A stretch of DNA of 63,938 bases, filler included, from an uncultured bacterium (GTDB lineage: Bacteria > Hinthialibacterota > Hinthialibacteria > Hinthialibacterales > Hinthialibacteraceae), in the NCBI GenBank assembly GCA_964449065.1. It is 4 parts of 4 records of this genome, joined end to end, with 100 filler letters (N's around TTAATTAATTAA, not from the genome) between each part and the next. Parts side by side here need not be neighbours in the genome. Positions count along the whole stretch, not along the records: positions 16,221 to 32,328 come from CAYVAZ010000093.1; 3 more parts are not named here. The stretch is one strand, 5' to 3'. This document shows positions 18,974 to 30,492 of this stretch, piece after piece. The notes under the pieces were generated by a model that saw only the letters and a list, made by a program, of their open reading frames with translations, was not told where the DNA came from and made no database searches. The first letter of the stretch is position 1. Every line of letters starts with the position of its first letter. The position numbers and the translations under genes were made by a program.

Positions 18974-19231
18974 ATGTCTGTGGTCGCTCCATTTGAACAA
19001 ATCGCAATGGATAAAGGAAGACAAGAAGGTTAGAAAGAAGGAAGAGTGGAAGCTGTGCAATCCATTCTGATTGACGACCTTGAAGAAAAATTCGGCCTAA
19101 TCTCTTTCCCGTTGAAGAATTCGGTTTTGCAGATAAAAGATTTTGAAGTGTTAAAACACCTCCGCAAACAAATTCGGGCGGTTGAATCATTGGAAGAATT
19201 TACCGGTTATGTAAATAAAGTTCAGCCGTAA
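18974..19231 (+). pseudogene. tandem stand-alone copy of the Rpn C-terminal module with in-frame TAG at codon 20 (or a short ORF from GTG 19046)
   Basis: MSVVAPFEQIAMDKGRQEG*KEGRVEAVQSILIDDLEEKFG...LRKQIRAVESLEEF parallels MPLIAPFEQIAMEKGKQEG...LVEDLTDKFG...LRKQIQKTDSLTDF; own GAGGG RBS. Confidence 0.75.
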
Positions 19232-19291
19232 ATCTCTGAACCCTAATTGTATGCAGGCATTACTGAAACCGGTTTTTCCCGGTAGAATTGA

Positions 19292-20347
<1,056 letters not shown>

Positions 20348-20369
20348 ACTTTTCCCGTAATATTTTTCG

Positions 20370-20378
20370 TGCTATAAT
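20370..20378 (+). promoter_or_regulatory. putative extended -10 promoter (TGcTATAAT) for the 20455/20700 genes
   Basis: Perfect TGnTATAAT about 75 nt upstream of ATG 20455. Confidence 0.4.
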
Positions 20379-20391
20379 ATTTGAGAATTCA

Positions 20392-20427
20392 CCGGATTAC
20401 TGAATATTCTTTGGTAATCCGGATTTT
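20392..20427 (+). terminator. putative intrinsic terminator after ilvC
   Basis: CCGGATTAC...GTAATCCGG stem followed by a T-rich tail. Confidence 0.5.
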
Positions 20428-20454
20428 ATCTTTTTGTTACGCTGAGGTTTTAAT

Positions 20455-20655
20455 ATGGTAAACGATCCTGGTTTGGCTCATAAAATTTTCAATGCGGTAA
20501 AAGCGAACAACAATATTGCCATAATGCCATTGTTGGATATGTTCAGCGATGTATTACCGGAAGCCTCATATACGTTGAAACGATTAGAAGAAAAAAAGGT
20601 ATTGGAAGTCGATAATGGGGTTGTAAGAATTTTACATAAACAACCCATTCAATAA
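20455..20655 (+). CDS. small hypothetical protein (66 aa, possible winged-helix)
   Basis: ATG with GAGG RBS; helix-helix-beta-hairpin pattern. Confidence 0.5.
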   Translation: MVNDPGLAHKIFNAVKANNNIAIMPLLDMFSDVLPEASYTLKRLEEKKVLEVDNGVVRILHKQPIQ

Positions 20656-20699
20656 ATGCCAATATATCTTCGCGAACTCTTTTGGTTGGGTAATCGAAT

Positions 20700-21443
20700 A
20701 TGGATTGGGGGGAAGAAATATCCTGTTTTGTTATAGCATTCGTAATTTCTTTTTTGATCTCACTATTAGAATTTATTCTTCAACCCAAATACTCTCACAC
20801 ACAATCAATCCTGATTAAATGTTGGCTGCTTTATTTGTATTCCGCTTTTTATGGATTGTGGAGTTGTTTACTCTTATTTTTAATTCGAGTGGGTTTCATC
20901 TCGATTGAAACAATTATTCAGGCAACCTCCAACGATGACGGTTCTTCCATTCAGTTGGATTATTCCAATCCTTTAGTTGTTGCCATCGCTATTGGTCTAC
21001 TGGGAAAATCAATTTCGAAACTAAATATAATCCAAATCGGAAGATATCCGATTGGTTTTGAAGCATTGCTTAAAGCAATTGAAGATCAAATCTTAAAACG
21101 GTTACGAATTCAAATCTATTTTCAATATAAGTGCTACTTTACAATTGTAATCCAACAGGAGGCATCATCTCTTTTCACATCAGTTGAAGACTTCGATTCT
21201 GATACGGGATTGCTGAAATCCGTGGCAAAAGAACGGCTCCCACACATTCTTTTAGATGATGAAGAAAACCAATTAAGCACGTTTGAACTTGAAATTGACG
21301 CATTACAACATAGCCCAGCTGTTATGACCTACTATTTGAACAACTTTGGAAAAGATCATTTTCAAGAGTATATCCGAGCTGTGATCCAAAAAAGTAAAGA
21401 CTCAAATTCATCTATACAAACTACAGAAACGAATGATCAATAA
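20700..21443 (+). CDS. hypothetical membrane protein (about 3 N-terminal TM segments plus soluble C-terminus), AT-rich
   Basis: Hydrophobic segments at about aa 8-27, 40-65 and 90-105; overlaps the rnhB start. Confidence 0.7.
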   Translation: MDWGEEISCFVIAFVISFLISLLEFILQPKYSHTQSILIKCWLLYLYSAFYGLWSCLLLFLIRVGFISIETIIQATSNDDGSSIQLDYSNPLVVAIAIGLLGKSISKLNIIQIGRYPIGFEALLKAIEDQILKRLRIQIYFQYKCYFTIVIQQEASSLFTSVEDFDSDTGLLKSVAKERLPHILLDDEENQLSTFELEIDALQHSPAVMTYYLNNFGKDHFQEYIRAVIQKSKDSNSSIQTTETNDQ

Positions 21444-22632
21444 GCCAGTTGATTCTCCACCGCTATTTCTCTTTGAAGAAACCGCCTACAACCAAGGCTG
21501 CAAATCCGTCGCGGGGGCGGATGAAGCGGGGCGTGGGCCATTGGCGGGGCCGGTGGTCGCCGCGGCGGTCATCCTGCCGCGCCCTATTGAAGGCCAATGG
21601 TGCGCGGGAATTCGGGATTCGAAAGAGATGACGGAAGCGGAACGGGAAGCGTGCTATCAACTAATCACCAAACATGCCGTTGCATATTCCGTTGTGGAAG
21701 TCTCCCCGCAAGAGATCGATGAAGTCAACATATTGCAAGCCTCTTTGCTTGGCATGAAACGGGCGGTTGAGAGTTTATCCATTGCCCCGGATTATTTGCT
21801 GGTGGATGGCAAGCAGTATCCACCCGTCGCGATTCCAGGTGAAGCGGTTGTGAAAGGGGATCAAAAATCGCTTTCCATCGGGGCGGCATCCATCCTGGCG
21901 AAGGTAACGCGGGACCGGTTGATGGCAAAACTGCATGATGAATATCCGCACTATGGGTGGAAGTATCATAAAGGGTATCCGACAAAGTATCACCGGATTT
22001 CGATTCGGCTTTTCGGGGTGTCTCCGCTGCATAGACTGTCATTCAACGGTTCAAAAAATTTTGAACCCATCCGGCCTGTTCCAGAATTTACGAATCAATA
22101 TACCTCATTGCAATCCCTAACCACCAAAGCGGAAATCAAAGAATATCAGGAATCCTTGGTTTTCTCGCGGCTGCAGTTGGGAGAAGAGGAGTATTATTAC
22201 CTGCACCAATCCGCAAAGTATAGATGCAACGAACTGATAATGCTGGAGCAGAAAACGAAACCAACGACCCAAAAAACCGGCTATCGGTTTGAAGGCATTG
22301 CCGCAAATTTTCTGCAAGAAAAAGGATACCGGATTGTCACACGCAATTATCATGCAGCGGGTGGAGAGATTGATATTATCGCGGAAACGGAAACGCTGCT
22401 GGTTTTTGTGGAAGTGAAAGCAAGAAAAAGCAAAGCGCACGGCAATCCGTATGAAGCGGTCTCAAAAGCCAAGATGAAAAAGATCATGGCCGCCACAGAG
22501 CAGTATTTGTTCGGTGTACAGCCCGGCTGTGATAAAGACATTCGGTATGATGTGATATCAATTGTTGCCCCGAAAGGGAAGGCGCCGGAGATTGTGCATT
22601 ATGAAGACGCGTTCCGGTCGGATGATTTGTGA
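21433..22632 (+). CDS. rnhB: ribonuclease HII fused to a YraN (UPF0102) PD-(D/E)XK endonuclease domain
   Basis: N-terminus: GADEAGRGPLAGP, RDSK, LVDG, KGD..S.SIGAASILAKV.RD, HKGYPT. C-terminus: E..A..FL..KGY.I...NY, GEIDIIA, LVFVEVK, RYDVI. Confidence 0.92.
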   Translation: MINKPVDSPPLFLFEETAYNQGCKSVAGADEAGRGPLAGPVVAAAVILPRPIEGQWCAGIRDSKEMTEAEREACYQLITKHAVAYSVVEVSPQEIDEVNILQASLLGMKRAVESLSIAPDYLLVDGKQYPPVAIPGEAVVKGDQKSLSIGAASILAKVTRDRLMAKLHDEYPHYGWKYHKGYPTKYHRISIRLFGVSPLHRLSFNGSKNFEPIRPVPEFTNQYTSLQSLTTKAEIKEYQESLVFSRLQLGEEEYYYLHQSAKYRCNELIMLEQKTKPTTQKTGYRFEGIAANFLQEKGYRIVTRNYHAAGGEIDIIAETETLLVFVEVKARKSKAHGNPYEAVSKAKMKKIMAATEQYLFGVQPGCDKDIRYDVISIVAPKGKAPEIVHYEDAFRSDDL

Positions 22633-22732
22633 TTATACGGAATCAAATAAATTCTGTGTGATTCCTCCATAAAAGGGGAGCATCGGCTTCCAGCCGGTAC
22701 CGCACAACGCATATTGTTTTATTGAAGCGGTA

Positions 22733-23743
22733 TTAATTGCCAAGAGCCTGGGTGGCTTTCGCGTTGAGAGTCAGGTCTGCAAGTTTGTTCTCTTTAAGAT
22801 AATGATGAGCAATCCCCGCAACCATGGCCCCATTGTCAACCGAAAAGCGTTTGTGGGGGAGGTAAACTTTGTACCCTCTTTTTTCCGCTTTGGTTAACAG
22901 GCGTTGGCGAAGCGGTTCATTGGCCGATACCCCGCCGACTAAGGAGATATGATGCAGGTTTTCTTCTTGCGCGGCGCGAAGGGTTTTCGTCACCAGCACA
23001 TCGATGGCGGCTTCTTGAAAGGATGCCGCGATTTGCACTTGATCTTCGCGGGTCAACTCATCCAACGCATTCACTCGATTGATGACCGCGGTTTTTAATC
23101 CGCTGAATGAAAATTCATAGCCTTTGTTCATCACCGGACGTGTGAAATGGATGAACTCACCGTCATACCCATCCGCTGTTTTTTGAATAATGGGGCCGCC
23201 GGGAAAACCGAGTTGCAGCGATTTCGCTGCTTTGTCAAATGCTTCTCCGGCCGCGTCATCCATCGTACCGCCAAGGTAGTGTAAATCCGTCCAGCCATCG
23301 ACCCGGTACAACACCGTATGTCCCCCGGAAACCAATAACGATAGATGAGGGAACGGCGGATGATTTTCCGGCGGCTGGTCCAGGATGGATGTGTAGACAT
23401 GGGCTTCCAGGTGTTGAACACCAAGCAGCGGTTTGTGGAGCGAATACGCAAACGCTTTGGCAAACGAGATTCCAGTGAGTAGGCAGCCGGTCAATCCGGG
23501 AGTGTGGGTAACCGCGATTGCATCGAGATCATCCCGGCCAATCTGTGCTTCATGCAGGCATTGTTCCACCAACGGCAGCAGATGCTGAATATGGGCACGG
23601 GACGCGATTTCAGGCACAACACCGCCGTAATCGCGGTGCAGGTCGATTTGCGAAGAAACAAGATTGGAGACCACCCGAACACCGTCTTTGACAACGGCAA
23701 CACCGGTATCATCGCATGAGGTTTCAATTCCGAGGATATACAA
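22733..23743 (-). CDS. tsaD: tRNA N6-threonylcarbamoyltransferase TsaD
   Basis: ILGIETSCDDT, GGVVPEIASRAH, HLEAH, LVSGGHT, DDAAGEAFDK, FSFSGLKT, GGVSAN, DNGAM. Confidence 0.97.
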   Translation of the reverse strand: MYILGIETSCDDTGVAVVKDGVRVVSNLVSSQIDLHRDYGGVVPEIASRAHIQHLLPLVEQCLHEAQIGRDDLDAIAVTHTPGLTGCLLTGISFAKAFAYSLHKPLLGVQHLEAHVYTSILDQPPENHPPFPHLSLLVSGGHTVLYRVDGWTDLHYLGGTMDDAAGEAFDKAAKSLQLGFPGGPIIQKTADGYDGEFIHFTRPVMNKGYEFSFSGLKTAVINRVNALDELTREDQVQIAASFQEAAIDVLVTKTLRAAQEENLHHISLVGGVSANEPLRQRLLTKAEKRGYKVYLPHKRFSVDNGAMVAGIAHHYLKENKLADLTLNAKATQALGN

Positions 23744-25154
23744 AGTTATACGGATCGCGTCCGCCGGATTGAAAGATCCCGGCGCCTTTCAACGTTATAA
23801 AAGCGTAATACAGTTCCATATCAAATACGTCCTGTTGCGGATCATTTTCCTCATTTTCTTCAACAAAAGAAGGTGGAGATATGGGCATTGGTTTTTGTTT
23901 GGCGTTTAGAAATTTGGAGGGAACATATCCCATTTTGTTTTGGCTGCGCATGGCAACACGCTGCGATTCTGTTACCGGCACTTGGATATCCGGCGTTAAT
24001 CCCTGAATATCATCAATCGAGCGTCCGTGCGGCGTGTAATATTTGGCTGTCGTGATTTTGAGGGCTGCCCCGGGTAGTTTAACCAGTTCAATGAGCGATT
24101 GCACGGAACCTTTGCCGAACGTTTTTTGCCCTGCCGGCCCTACCAGAACAGCGCGTCTGTGGTCTTGCAGGCAGCCCGCAACAATTTCGGATGAACTGGC
24201 AGTGAAGTCGTTTACCAATACAGCGAGCAAAAATGTTCCGGTGTGCGGTTTTTGGGTTTCGTAGGTGGTAATTCTTCCGTTTCGGTCTTTTTGAGAAACC
24301 ACCACGACTCCTTCAGAGAAAAACAAATCGCAAATATCAACAGCCACATCAAAAATTCCGCCTACGTTATCGCGCAAATCAAATATCAGGCTTTGCATTC
24401 CTTGGTTTTGCAGCGCGCGGATACTTTGTTCCAGTTCGACCGCGGCATCTTGGGTAAAGTTGCGCAGACGAATGTAGCCGATACGGTCATCCAACATCTT
24501 TTGTTCACCCGGTTCAACCGCCAGGGTTTCGATCCGCGCGCGTGTCAGGGTAAATGACAACAGCGAGGGTTCCCCATGACGGGCAATCAACAACATGACT
24601 TCTGTACCTATTTCCCCTTGCAGCAACAAAGAGGCTTTTTCAAACCCGATGTCTTTCGTCGGTTGCCCATCGATTTCCACAATGCGGTCACCGCCAATCA
24701 ATCCCGCCTCGGCGGCAGGGGTACCGGGAATGGGTTCAATTACGGTTAACCAGCCGTCTACAAAATCGACTTGAATTCCCAAGCCTTGAAAGGAGCCTTC
24801 GGTTTGTTCACTAAACGTTTTTGCTTCTTGCGGGCTCAAGAACACACTATAACGGTCCAGAGAAGAGAGCATGCCGTCGATCGCGCCTTGAATCAGTTGT
24901 TCGGTGCTGGTTTTGTCTTCGTTAACATATTCATCTTGAATTTGGATCAAGATTTCGGAAAGGATGCCAATATGCCGCAGTTCTTCGTCAAACGAACGTT
25001 CTTTTGCATGAGCGCCGTTCCATCCAATGTAAAGACCCAAAAACAGGCCAATGAACCATTTCATAAATGATGCCATGTCTAATTGCTTTATCGTATTGAG
25101 TGCTGTCACGAATCTCTCGACATGAGAGAACGTTGTATAGATGTCTTCGTCCAT
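23724..25154 (-). CDS. ctpA: S41A carboxyl-terminal processing protease (PDZ); real start may be 25076
   Basis: LDRYS, GLGI PDZ, DLRDN.GG, TASSSEI (catalytic Ser), TFGKGSVQ (Lys), TTAKYYTP.G. Confidence 0.9.
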   Translation of the reverse strand: MDEDIYTTFSHVERFVTALNTIKQLDMASFMKWFIGLFLGLYIGWNGAHAKERSFDEELRHIGILSEILIQIQDEYVNEDKTSTEQLIQGAIDGMLSSLDRYSVFLSPQEAKTFSEQTEGSFQGLGIQVDFVDGWLTVIEPIPGTPAAEAGLIGGDRIVEIDGQPTKDIGFEKASLLLQGEIGTEVMLLIARHGEPSLLSFTLTRARIETLAVEPGEQKMLDDRIGYIRLRNFTQDAAVELEQSIRALQNQGMQSLIFDLRDNVGGIFDVAVDICDLFFSEGVVVVSQKDRNGRITTYETQKPHTGTFLLAVLVNDFTASSSEIVAGCLQDHRRAVLVGPAGQKTFGKGSVQSLIELVKLPGAALKITTAKYYTPHGRSIDDIQGLTPDIQVPVTESQRVAMRSQNKMGYVPSKFLNAKQKPMPISPPSFVEENEENDPQQDVFDMELYYAFITLKGAGIFQSGGRDPYNFVYPRN

Positions 25155-25361
25155 ACTATATCACAACGAAAGAAAATCAGTAGATCATTTTCGCTTGATT
25201 CGTTTTTTTTTGAAACGAAAGGGTGATGTTTATGAACCTGATACCCATTCTATTTAGGATTGCTCAGAACGGAAACCGGCAGGTCTTTCTTTCGCTGAGG
25301 TGTACCGCCGCCCTGATCAGTCATTATTTGTTTACAATGGTAATAGAAGTACAAAACGCAA

Positions 25362-26798
25362 TCATGTATTCCCCCGTACCACCTGCCGTACCTTCACCAC
25401 ATCCGCGGAAGTAACCGCGCGAAACACATAGGCAAGCGCGGCGTAAATCACGATCCCCAATCCCACCTGCCAATACCAGATGGATGAAAGAAACACAATC
25501 GCAACCGCCATTAAAACCGTGGCGGCAACAATCCCCAAATAGGGCTGCCAATCTTGCAGCAGCTTTTCTTCGCGCAGAGAATGCAACATCAACGCCCCAT
25601 ACAATCCTTGCGAAACGATCGTCATGAACGCGGCGCCATACGCCCCCAAATAATAAATCGCGGGGATGTTCAACAGCGCGTTCGAAACCAATCCCACAAA
25701 CGCCGCCCGCAGATTATGATGCTGGCGGTTGGTGGCATTCAGTATCGTTCCCAAAATAAAGTTCGCGTAAATAAACGGCAGTGAACACACCAGCACAGCG
25801 AATATCCACCCCCCAGCTTTGCCCAGTTCCGGCATTAACATGCGCATCATTTCATGAGAAATAATCATCCCTCCCACGGCCATCGGCAAGCTGATCAAAA
25901 TCAATCCGCGCAGCAGCAATCCCGCGGTTTGGGAGAAATCCGTCCGTTCATGATACAACTTTGAGAACACGGGATAAGCGGATACCGCCAACACTTGCGG
26001 AAACAAAAACAAGCCTTCCAACAAGCGGTAAGGCGCCTTATACAACCCCGTCTCTTCATCTCCTTGCAGCCAATTAACCATGACGGTATCCTCACGGTGC
26101 AAGAGCAAGATGCACGTTGCCGAAAGCCCGATCGGCAGCGCCAGTTTTTGCCAGCCCCGCCAGTCTTGCGTCCGGAACGGCCGCGGCTGCCAGCCGTATT
26201 CGCGAAACAGCACCCCCAAATAAATGATCAACGAAACCAACGCCCCCGCGCTGTAACACAGCAAAATCAATGCCGGGTTCGGAAAAATATATAACAGGAG
26301 GATTGCCAAACCGATGTGGATGATCTTATCCAAAATATTGGCCCAGCTTTCTATGCTAAGCCATTCCACACTGCGTACGGCAGCGCGTGCCAGCATCACA
26401 TTGCATACAATGCTAAAGTAAATGACCGACGCGGCGATCAATCCCCACGAATGCTCCGGCCTCCGGATCAAGGCAAAAAAACCGACCAACAATACCGCGC
26501 CGATCAGCGATACACTCATGCGGTAGATCAGCAGCGAATAAAACGCCTGCATCAAATGATCCCGCCGGCGCGACAGTTCCCGCGTGACGGTTTGCTCCAA
26601 CCCAAAATCCACCAACACGCTGAAGATGATGGCGATTTCAAATAAATACTCGATGCGGCCAAAGACTTCTTTTCCTAGGATTTCTACCGCCAAGACGGTA
26701 TACACCAGCAAAAACAACTTGCATACCACCCCGCTCAGGGTTAAAAACATTCCATAACGGGTAATGCGTCTGCCAATGCCGCTAGCCTTATTTTCCAT
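25362..26798 (-). CDS. polysaccharide flippase (Wzx/MOP family)
   Basis: About 12-14 TM segments, DFGL..TVTRE, D.VM, GLY.A.YR, G.YGAA. Confidence 0.85.
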   Translation of the reverse strand: MENKASGIGRRITRYGMFLTLSGVVCKLFLLVYTVLAVEILGKEVFGRIEYLFEIAIIFSVLVDFGLEQTVTRELSRRRDHLMQAFYSLLIYRMSVSLIGAVLLVGFFALIRRPEHSWGLIAASVIYFSIVCNVMLARAAVRSVEWLSIESWANILDKIIHIGLAILLLYIFPNPALILLCYSAGALVSLIIYLGVLFREYGWQPRPFRTQDWRGWQKLALPIGLSATCILLLHREDTVMVNWLQGDEETGLYKAPYRLLEGLFLFPQVLAVSAYPVFSKLYHERTDFSQTAGLLLRGLILISLPMAVGGMIISHEMMRMLMPELGKAGGWIFAVLVCSLPFIYANFILGTILNATNRQHHNLRAAFVGLVSNALLNIPAIYYLGAYGAAFMTIVSQGLYGALMLHSLREEKLLQDWQPYLGIVAATVLMAVAIVFLSSIWYWQVGLGIVIYAALAYVFRAVTSADVVKVRQVVRGNT

Positions 26799-27233
26799 GT
26801 GTTGTCTCCAACCCTACAACGGGCAGCCCTGAGAGGTTTTGTGTTTTTCGCGCGGCGATAAGCCTCAGCGAAAGAAGGACTTAGCACCATTCTTACCTGA
26901 CAGTCTTAAATAACACCGGTATTAATATCGTTTCCATTTTGGATTGTAGAGTAAGTGCGGCGATAAGCCTTAGCGTAAGGAAAACCTGGTCGTCTATCAA
27001 CAACGAAATGACGGTTGATAAATGTGTCTCTCCTTGTTAAGGGAGGCAAGGGGGGACCGGTAGGCAGAAAGAGAACCGTTATCCCCCGGATTATTTCCAC
27101 TTCGCCAGCAGAAAGACTATCGCGTATCCATTGATCTTTGAAAAGGTGCTGGGTTTATTCTCAAGCAGTCAAAAATGCACCGGGACTCATTGGAGATGGA
27201 AGACGCAACCATCTTTCAGATACGGCGCTGCTT

Positions 27234-28547
27234 TTATTCAATAAAATCGTTCAAAAGATTCTCGATCATTTCTTGCCGGCCGCTTTGAATATCCGGCTCG
27301 CCGTTTTTATGGATGTAGGCTTCCAACGTTTCAAACGAAGACTTGCCGGATTCTATCTCTTTGCCCAATGCTTTATTCCAGCCGCTGTAACGTTGTTTGA
27401 TGATCTTCTCAAACGATTTGCTCTTCACCATTTTGGCCGCGATTTTCAGGCCGCGCGCGAAGGCATCCATCCCCCCGATATGCGCGTGGAACAGGTCTTC
27501 GGGATCAATCGACTGGCGGCGCACCTTTGCATCGAAGTTGAGTCCTCCGGTCTGAAACCCACCGTGCCGTAACAGCACGTACATCGTCAAGACGCAGTCA
27601 TACAGGTTGGTGGGGAACTGATCGGTATCCCAGCCCAGTAAGAGGTCACCGCGGTTCGCGTCGATCGAACCTAGAATGCCGTTCTGGGCGCAATATTCCA
27701 ATTCATGAAAAAAGGTATGGCCGGCCAAGGTGGCGTGGTTGGCTTCGATATTCATCTTAAAATCATCCATCAAACCATATTTCCGCAAAAACGCGTGGCA
27801 CGCGCCCGCGTCGAAATCGTATTGATGCTTGGTCGGTTCTTTCGGCTTGGGCTCGATATAAAACTGTCCTTTAAAGCCGATTTTTTTCTTATAATCCACC
27901 GCCATATTCATAAACAAGCCGAGGTGGTCTAATTCACGCCCCATATCGGTGTTGAGCAAGGTTTCATAGCCTTCACGGCCGCCCCAAAACACATAGCCTT
28001 CGCCGTTTAGCTCGTGAGTGATTTCCATCGCCTTTTTCACTTGGCTGGCGGCGTAGGCGAATACGTCCGGTGAGGGATTGGTGGCGGCGCCTGCCATAAA
28101 GCGGCGGTGTGAGAACATGTTGGTGGTTCCCCACAGCAATTTGATGCCGTGATCTTTTTGCAGCTTCTTCGCTTTGTTGACGATGATATCGAGACGTTCA
28201 TTGGTCTCTTTCAGTGTGTACCCTTCCGGGGCGATATCGCGGTCGTGGAAGCACCAGAAATTGACCCCCAGTTTGGAGAAAAACTCAAACGCGGCTTCCA
28301 AAGTTTTATCCGCTACTTCCATCGGATCATCGTATTGGTTGTAATTGCGGATCATCGTCCCCGGGCCGAATGGATCATTGCCCAATCCCTTAAAGGTATG
28401 CCAGTAACAGACCGCAAAGCGCAGGTGCTGTTCCATGGCTTTGCCCATGATTTTTTGTTTGGGATTGTAATGCTTAAAAGCCAGCGGATTCTTGGAATCC
28501 GGCCCCTCATACTTAATTTGCTTCACTGTTGGAAAATAGTCCGCCAT
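27234..28547 (-). CDS. xylA: xylose isomerase (class II)
   Basis: [49 protein letters not shown]. Confidence 0.98.
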   Translation of the reverse strand: MADYFPTVKQIKYEGPDSKNPLAFKHYNPKQKIMGKAMEQHLRFAVCYWHTFKGLGNDPFGPGTMIRNYNQYDDPMEVADKTLEAAFEFFSKLGVNFWCFHDRDIAPEGYTLKETNERLDIIVNKAKKLQKDHGIKLLWGTTNMFSHRRFMAGAATNPSPDVFAYAASQVKKAMEITHELNGEGYVFWGGREGYETLLNTDMGRELDHLGLFMNMAVDYKKKIGFKGQFYIEPKPKEPTKHQYDFDAGACHAFLRKYGLMDDFKMNIEANHATLAGHTFFHELEYCAQNGILGSIDANRGDLLLGWDTDQFPTNLYDCVLTMYVLLRHGGFQTGGLNFDAKVRRQSIDPEDLFHAHIGGMDAFARGLKIAAKMVKSKSFEKIIKQRYSGWNKALGKEIESGKSSFETLEAYIHKNGEPDIQSGRQEMIENLLNDFIE

Positions 28548-28823
28548 GATTTCACCCCCTACGCAAGGTATGCAAATTGATTTACCGCCGTAAGCAAAAT
28601 CGATTCGGCTGTGGGAGAATGATGCTTCCGCCGAGCCGGAAGTCCGGTTTCATGTTATCCGAACTTAAATTTGTGACCGGTGAATTTTGCGAAACGTAAA
28701 CGTAACAACATACCATAAAGTGAACGGTTATTAAAGATTGGAGTCGTTAAATTTTTTATGATTTTGGCAGAAAAGAGAATACGATAAAAGAATGATGATT
28801 CACCAAGGCGGCTGCCGGTAGAG

Positions 28824-30062
28824 TTAATGAAACGTTTTCACCGCCAGCACCGCGTTGTGCCCGCCGAAGCCGAATGAGTTACAGATGGCGGCTTCTACCT
28901 GCTGTTCCCGGGCTTCGTTGGGAACGTAATCCAAATCGCAATCAGGGTCGGGGGTGGTATAGTTTATGGTGGGCGGCAAAATGCCTTCTTGCAGGGCCTT
29001 TGTTGCGGCGATAAATTCAATCGCGCCGGACGCGCCCAGCAGATGCCCGGTCATCGATTTGGTGGAACTGACCGCCAGTTTGTAGGCGTGATCACCAAAC
29101 ACGGTTTTAATGGCCTTGGTTTCAAATTTGTCGTTGTAGGGGGTGGATGTGCCGTGCGCGTTGATGTAACCGATGTCTTCCGGGTTCAACTGCGCGTCTT
29201 TCAGCGCCATCCGCATGGCGTTGGCAGCCCCCTTGCCTTCCGGTTCCGGCATGGTCATGTGATAGGCATCCGCGGACATACCGTATCCAACGATTTCTCC
29301 AAAGATGGCGGCCCCGCGTTGTTTGGCATGTTCCAACTCTTCCAAAATTACAATCCCGGCGCCTTCGCCCATCACAAAGCCTTCGCGGTCTTTGTCAAAC
29401 GGCCGGCTGGCGGTTTGGGGAGAGTCATTGCGGGTGGATAACGCCTTCATATTGGCGAAACCACCGTAGCCCAATGGCGTAATCGCCGCTTCCGTTCCTC
29501 CGGCCACCATCACATCGGCTTCATCCCGTTGAATGATCCGCATGGCGTCGCCGATGGCATGGTTTCCGGTCGCGCAGGCGGTTACAACCGCGGTATTTGG
29601 CCCGGAAAACCCATAGCGCATCGATACCATACCCGATGCCATATTGATAATCAATTTGGGGATAAGAAAGGGGCTGATGCGGCGCGGTCCTTTTTCCAGC
29701 AAGATTTCTTTTTGTTCTTCGATGGTTTGTATCCCACCGATACCGGAACCGATCAATACACCGGTACGGGCGGGATCGCTTCCATTGGATGAAATGCCGG
29801 ATGCCTCAACCGCTTCAACCGCCGCCACCATGGCGAACTGGGTGAAGAGATCGAGTTTTTTTATCTCTTTCGGGTCAATGCAAATTTCCGGATCAAAGTC
29901 CTTGACTTCCGCGGCTACCTTGGCGGAAAACTTGGATACATCAAACCGTGTCACAATACCGGCGCCGCTGCTGCCGGATTTTAATCCGTTCCAAAATAAT
30001 TCTGCGGTATTGCCAACAGGGGTGATCGCGCCCAATCCGGTAATGACAACTCTGCGGGACAT
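28824..30062 (-). CDS. fabF: beta-ketoacyl-ACP synthase II
   Basis: RRVVITG.G, TACATG (Cys), [22 protein letters not shown]. Confidence 0.97.
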   Translation of the reverse strand: MSRRVVITGLGAITPVGNTAELFWNGLKSGSSGAGIVTRFDVSKFSAKVAAEVKDFDPEICIDPKEIKKLDLFTQFAMVAAVEAVEASGISSNGSDPARTGVLIGSGIGGIQTIEEQKEILLEKGPRRISPFLIPKLIINMASGMVSMRYGFSGPNTAVVTACATGNHAIGDAMRIIQRDEADVMVAGGTEAAITPLGYGGFANMKALSTRNDSPQTASRPFDKDREGFVMGEGAGIVILEELEHAKQRGAAIFGEIVGYGMSADAYHMTMPEPEGKGAANAMRMALKDAQLNPEDIGYINAHGTSTPYNDKFETKAIKTVFGDHAYKLAVSSTKSMTGHLLGASGAIEFIAATKALQEGILPPTINYTTPDPDCDLDYVPNEAREQQVEAAICNSFGFGGHNAVLAVKTFH

Positions 30063-30089
30063 CTTTGTTTATCTCCAAAAGGATGGTGC

Positions 30090-30332
30090 TTAGCCTTTTT
30101 TGGTTTTGATGTATTCTATGGCATCCCCAACCGTGCCGATTTTTTCGGCCTCTTCCTCGGGAATCTCATCGATATCAAACGCTTCTTCAAATTCCATAAC
30201 CAATTCGACGGTATCCAACGAGTCCGCCCCTAAATCGCGGGTAAACGATTTTTCCGGGGTGACTTCATCCTTCGATACTTTAAGCTTATCCGCTACGATG
30301 CCAATAACTTTTTCTTCGATCGATTCGCTCAC
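30090..30332 (-). CDS. acpP: acyl carrier protein
   Basis: [17 protein letters not shown] start at 30332 after AGGAGG. Confidence 0.96.
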   Translation of the reverse strand: MSESIEEKVIGIVADKLKVSKDEVTPEKSFTRDLGADSLDTVELVMEFEEAFDIDEIPEEEAEKIGTVGDAIEYIKTKKG

Positions 30333-30492
30333 GGATCTTACCTCCTTGCGCACGTTAAAATAAACATAAGTTGAGAAGTGTACATGATAGTTCAAAATTT
30401 CCAATCCATGAGGGGCACTTCTCTGTTCCTATATAAATTCCAAAAATTTACCGGATTCGAGTGTTCAATAAATCACGCCAACTTTTTTTGCG

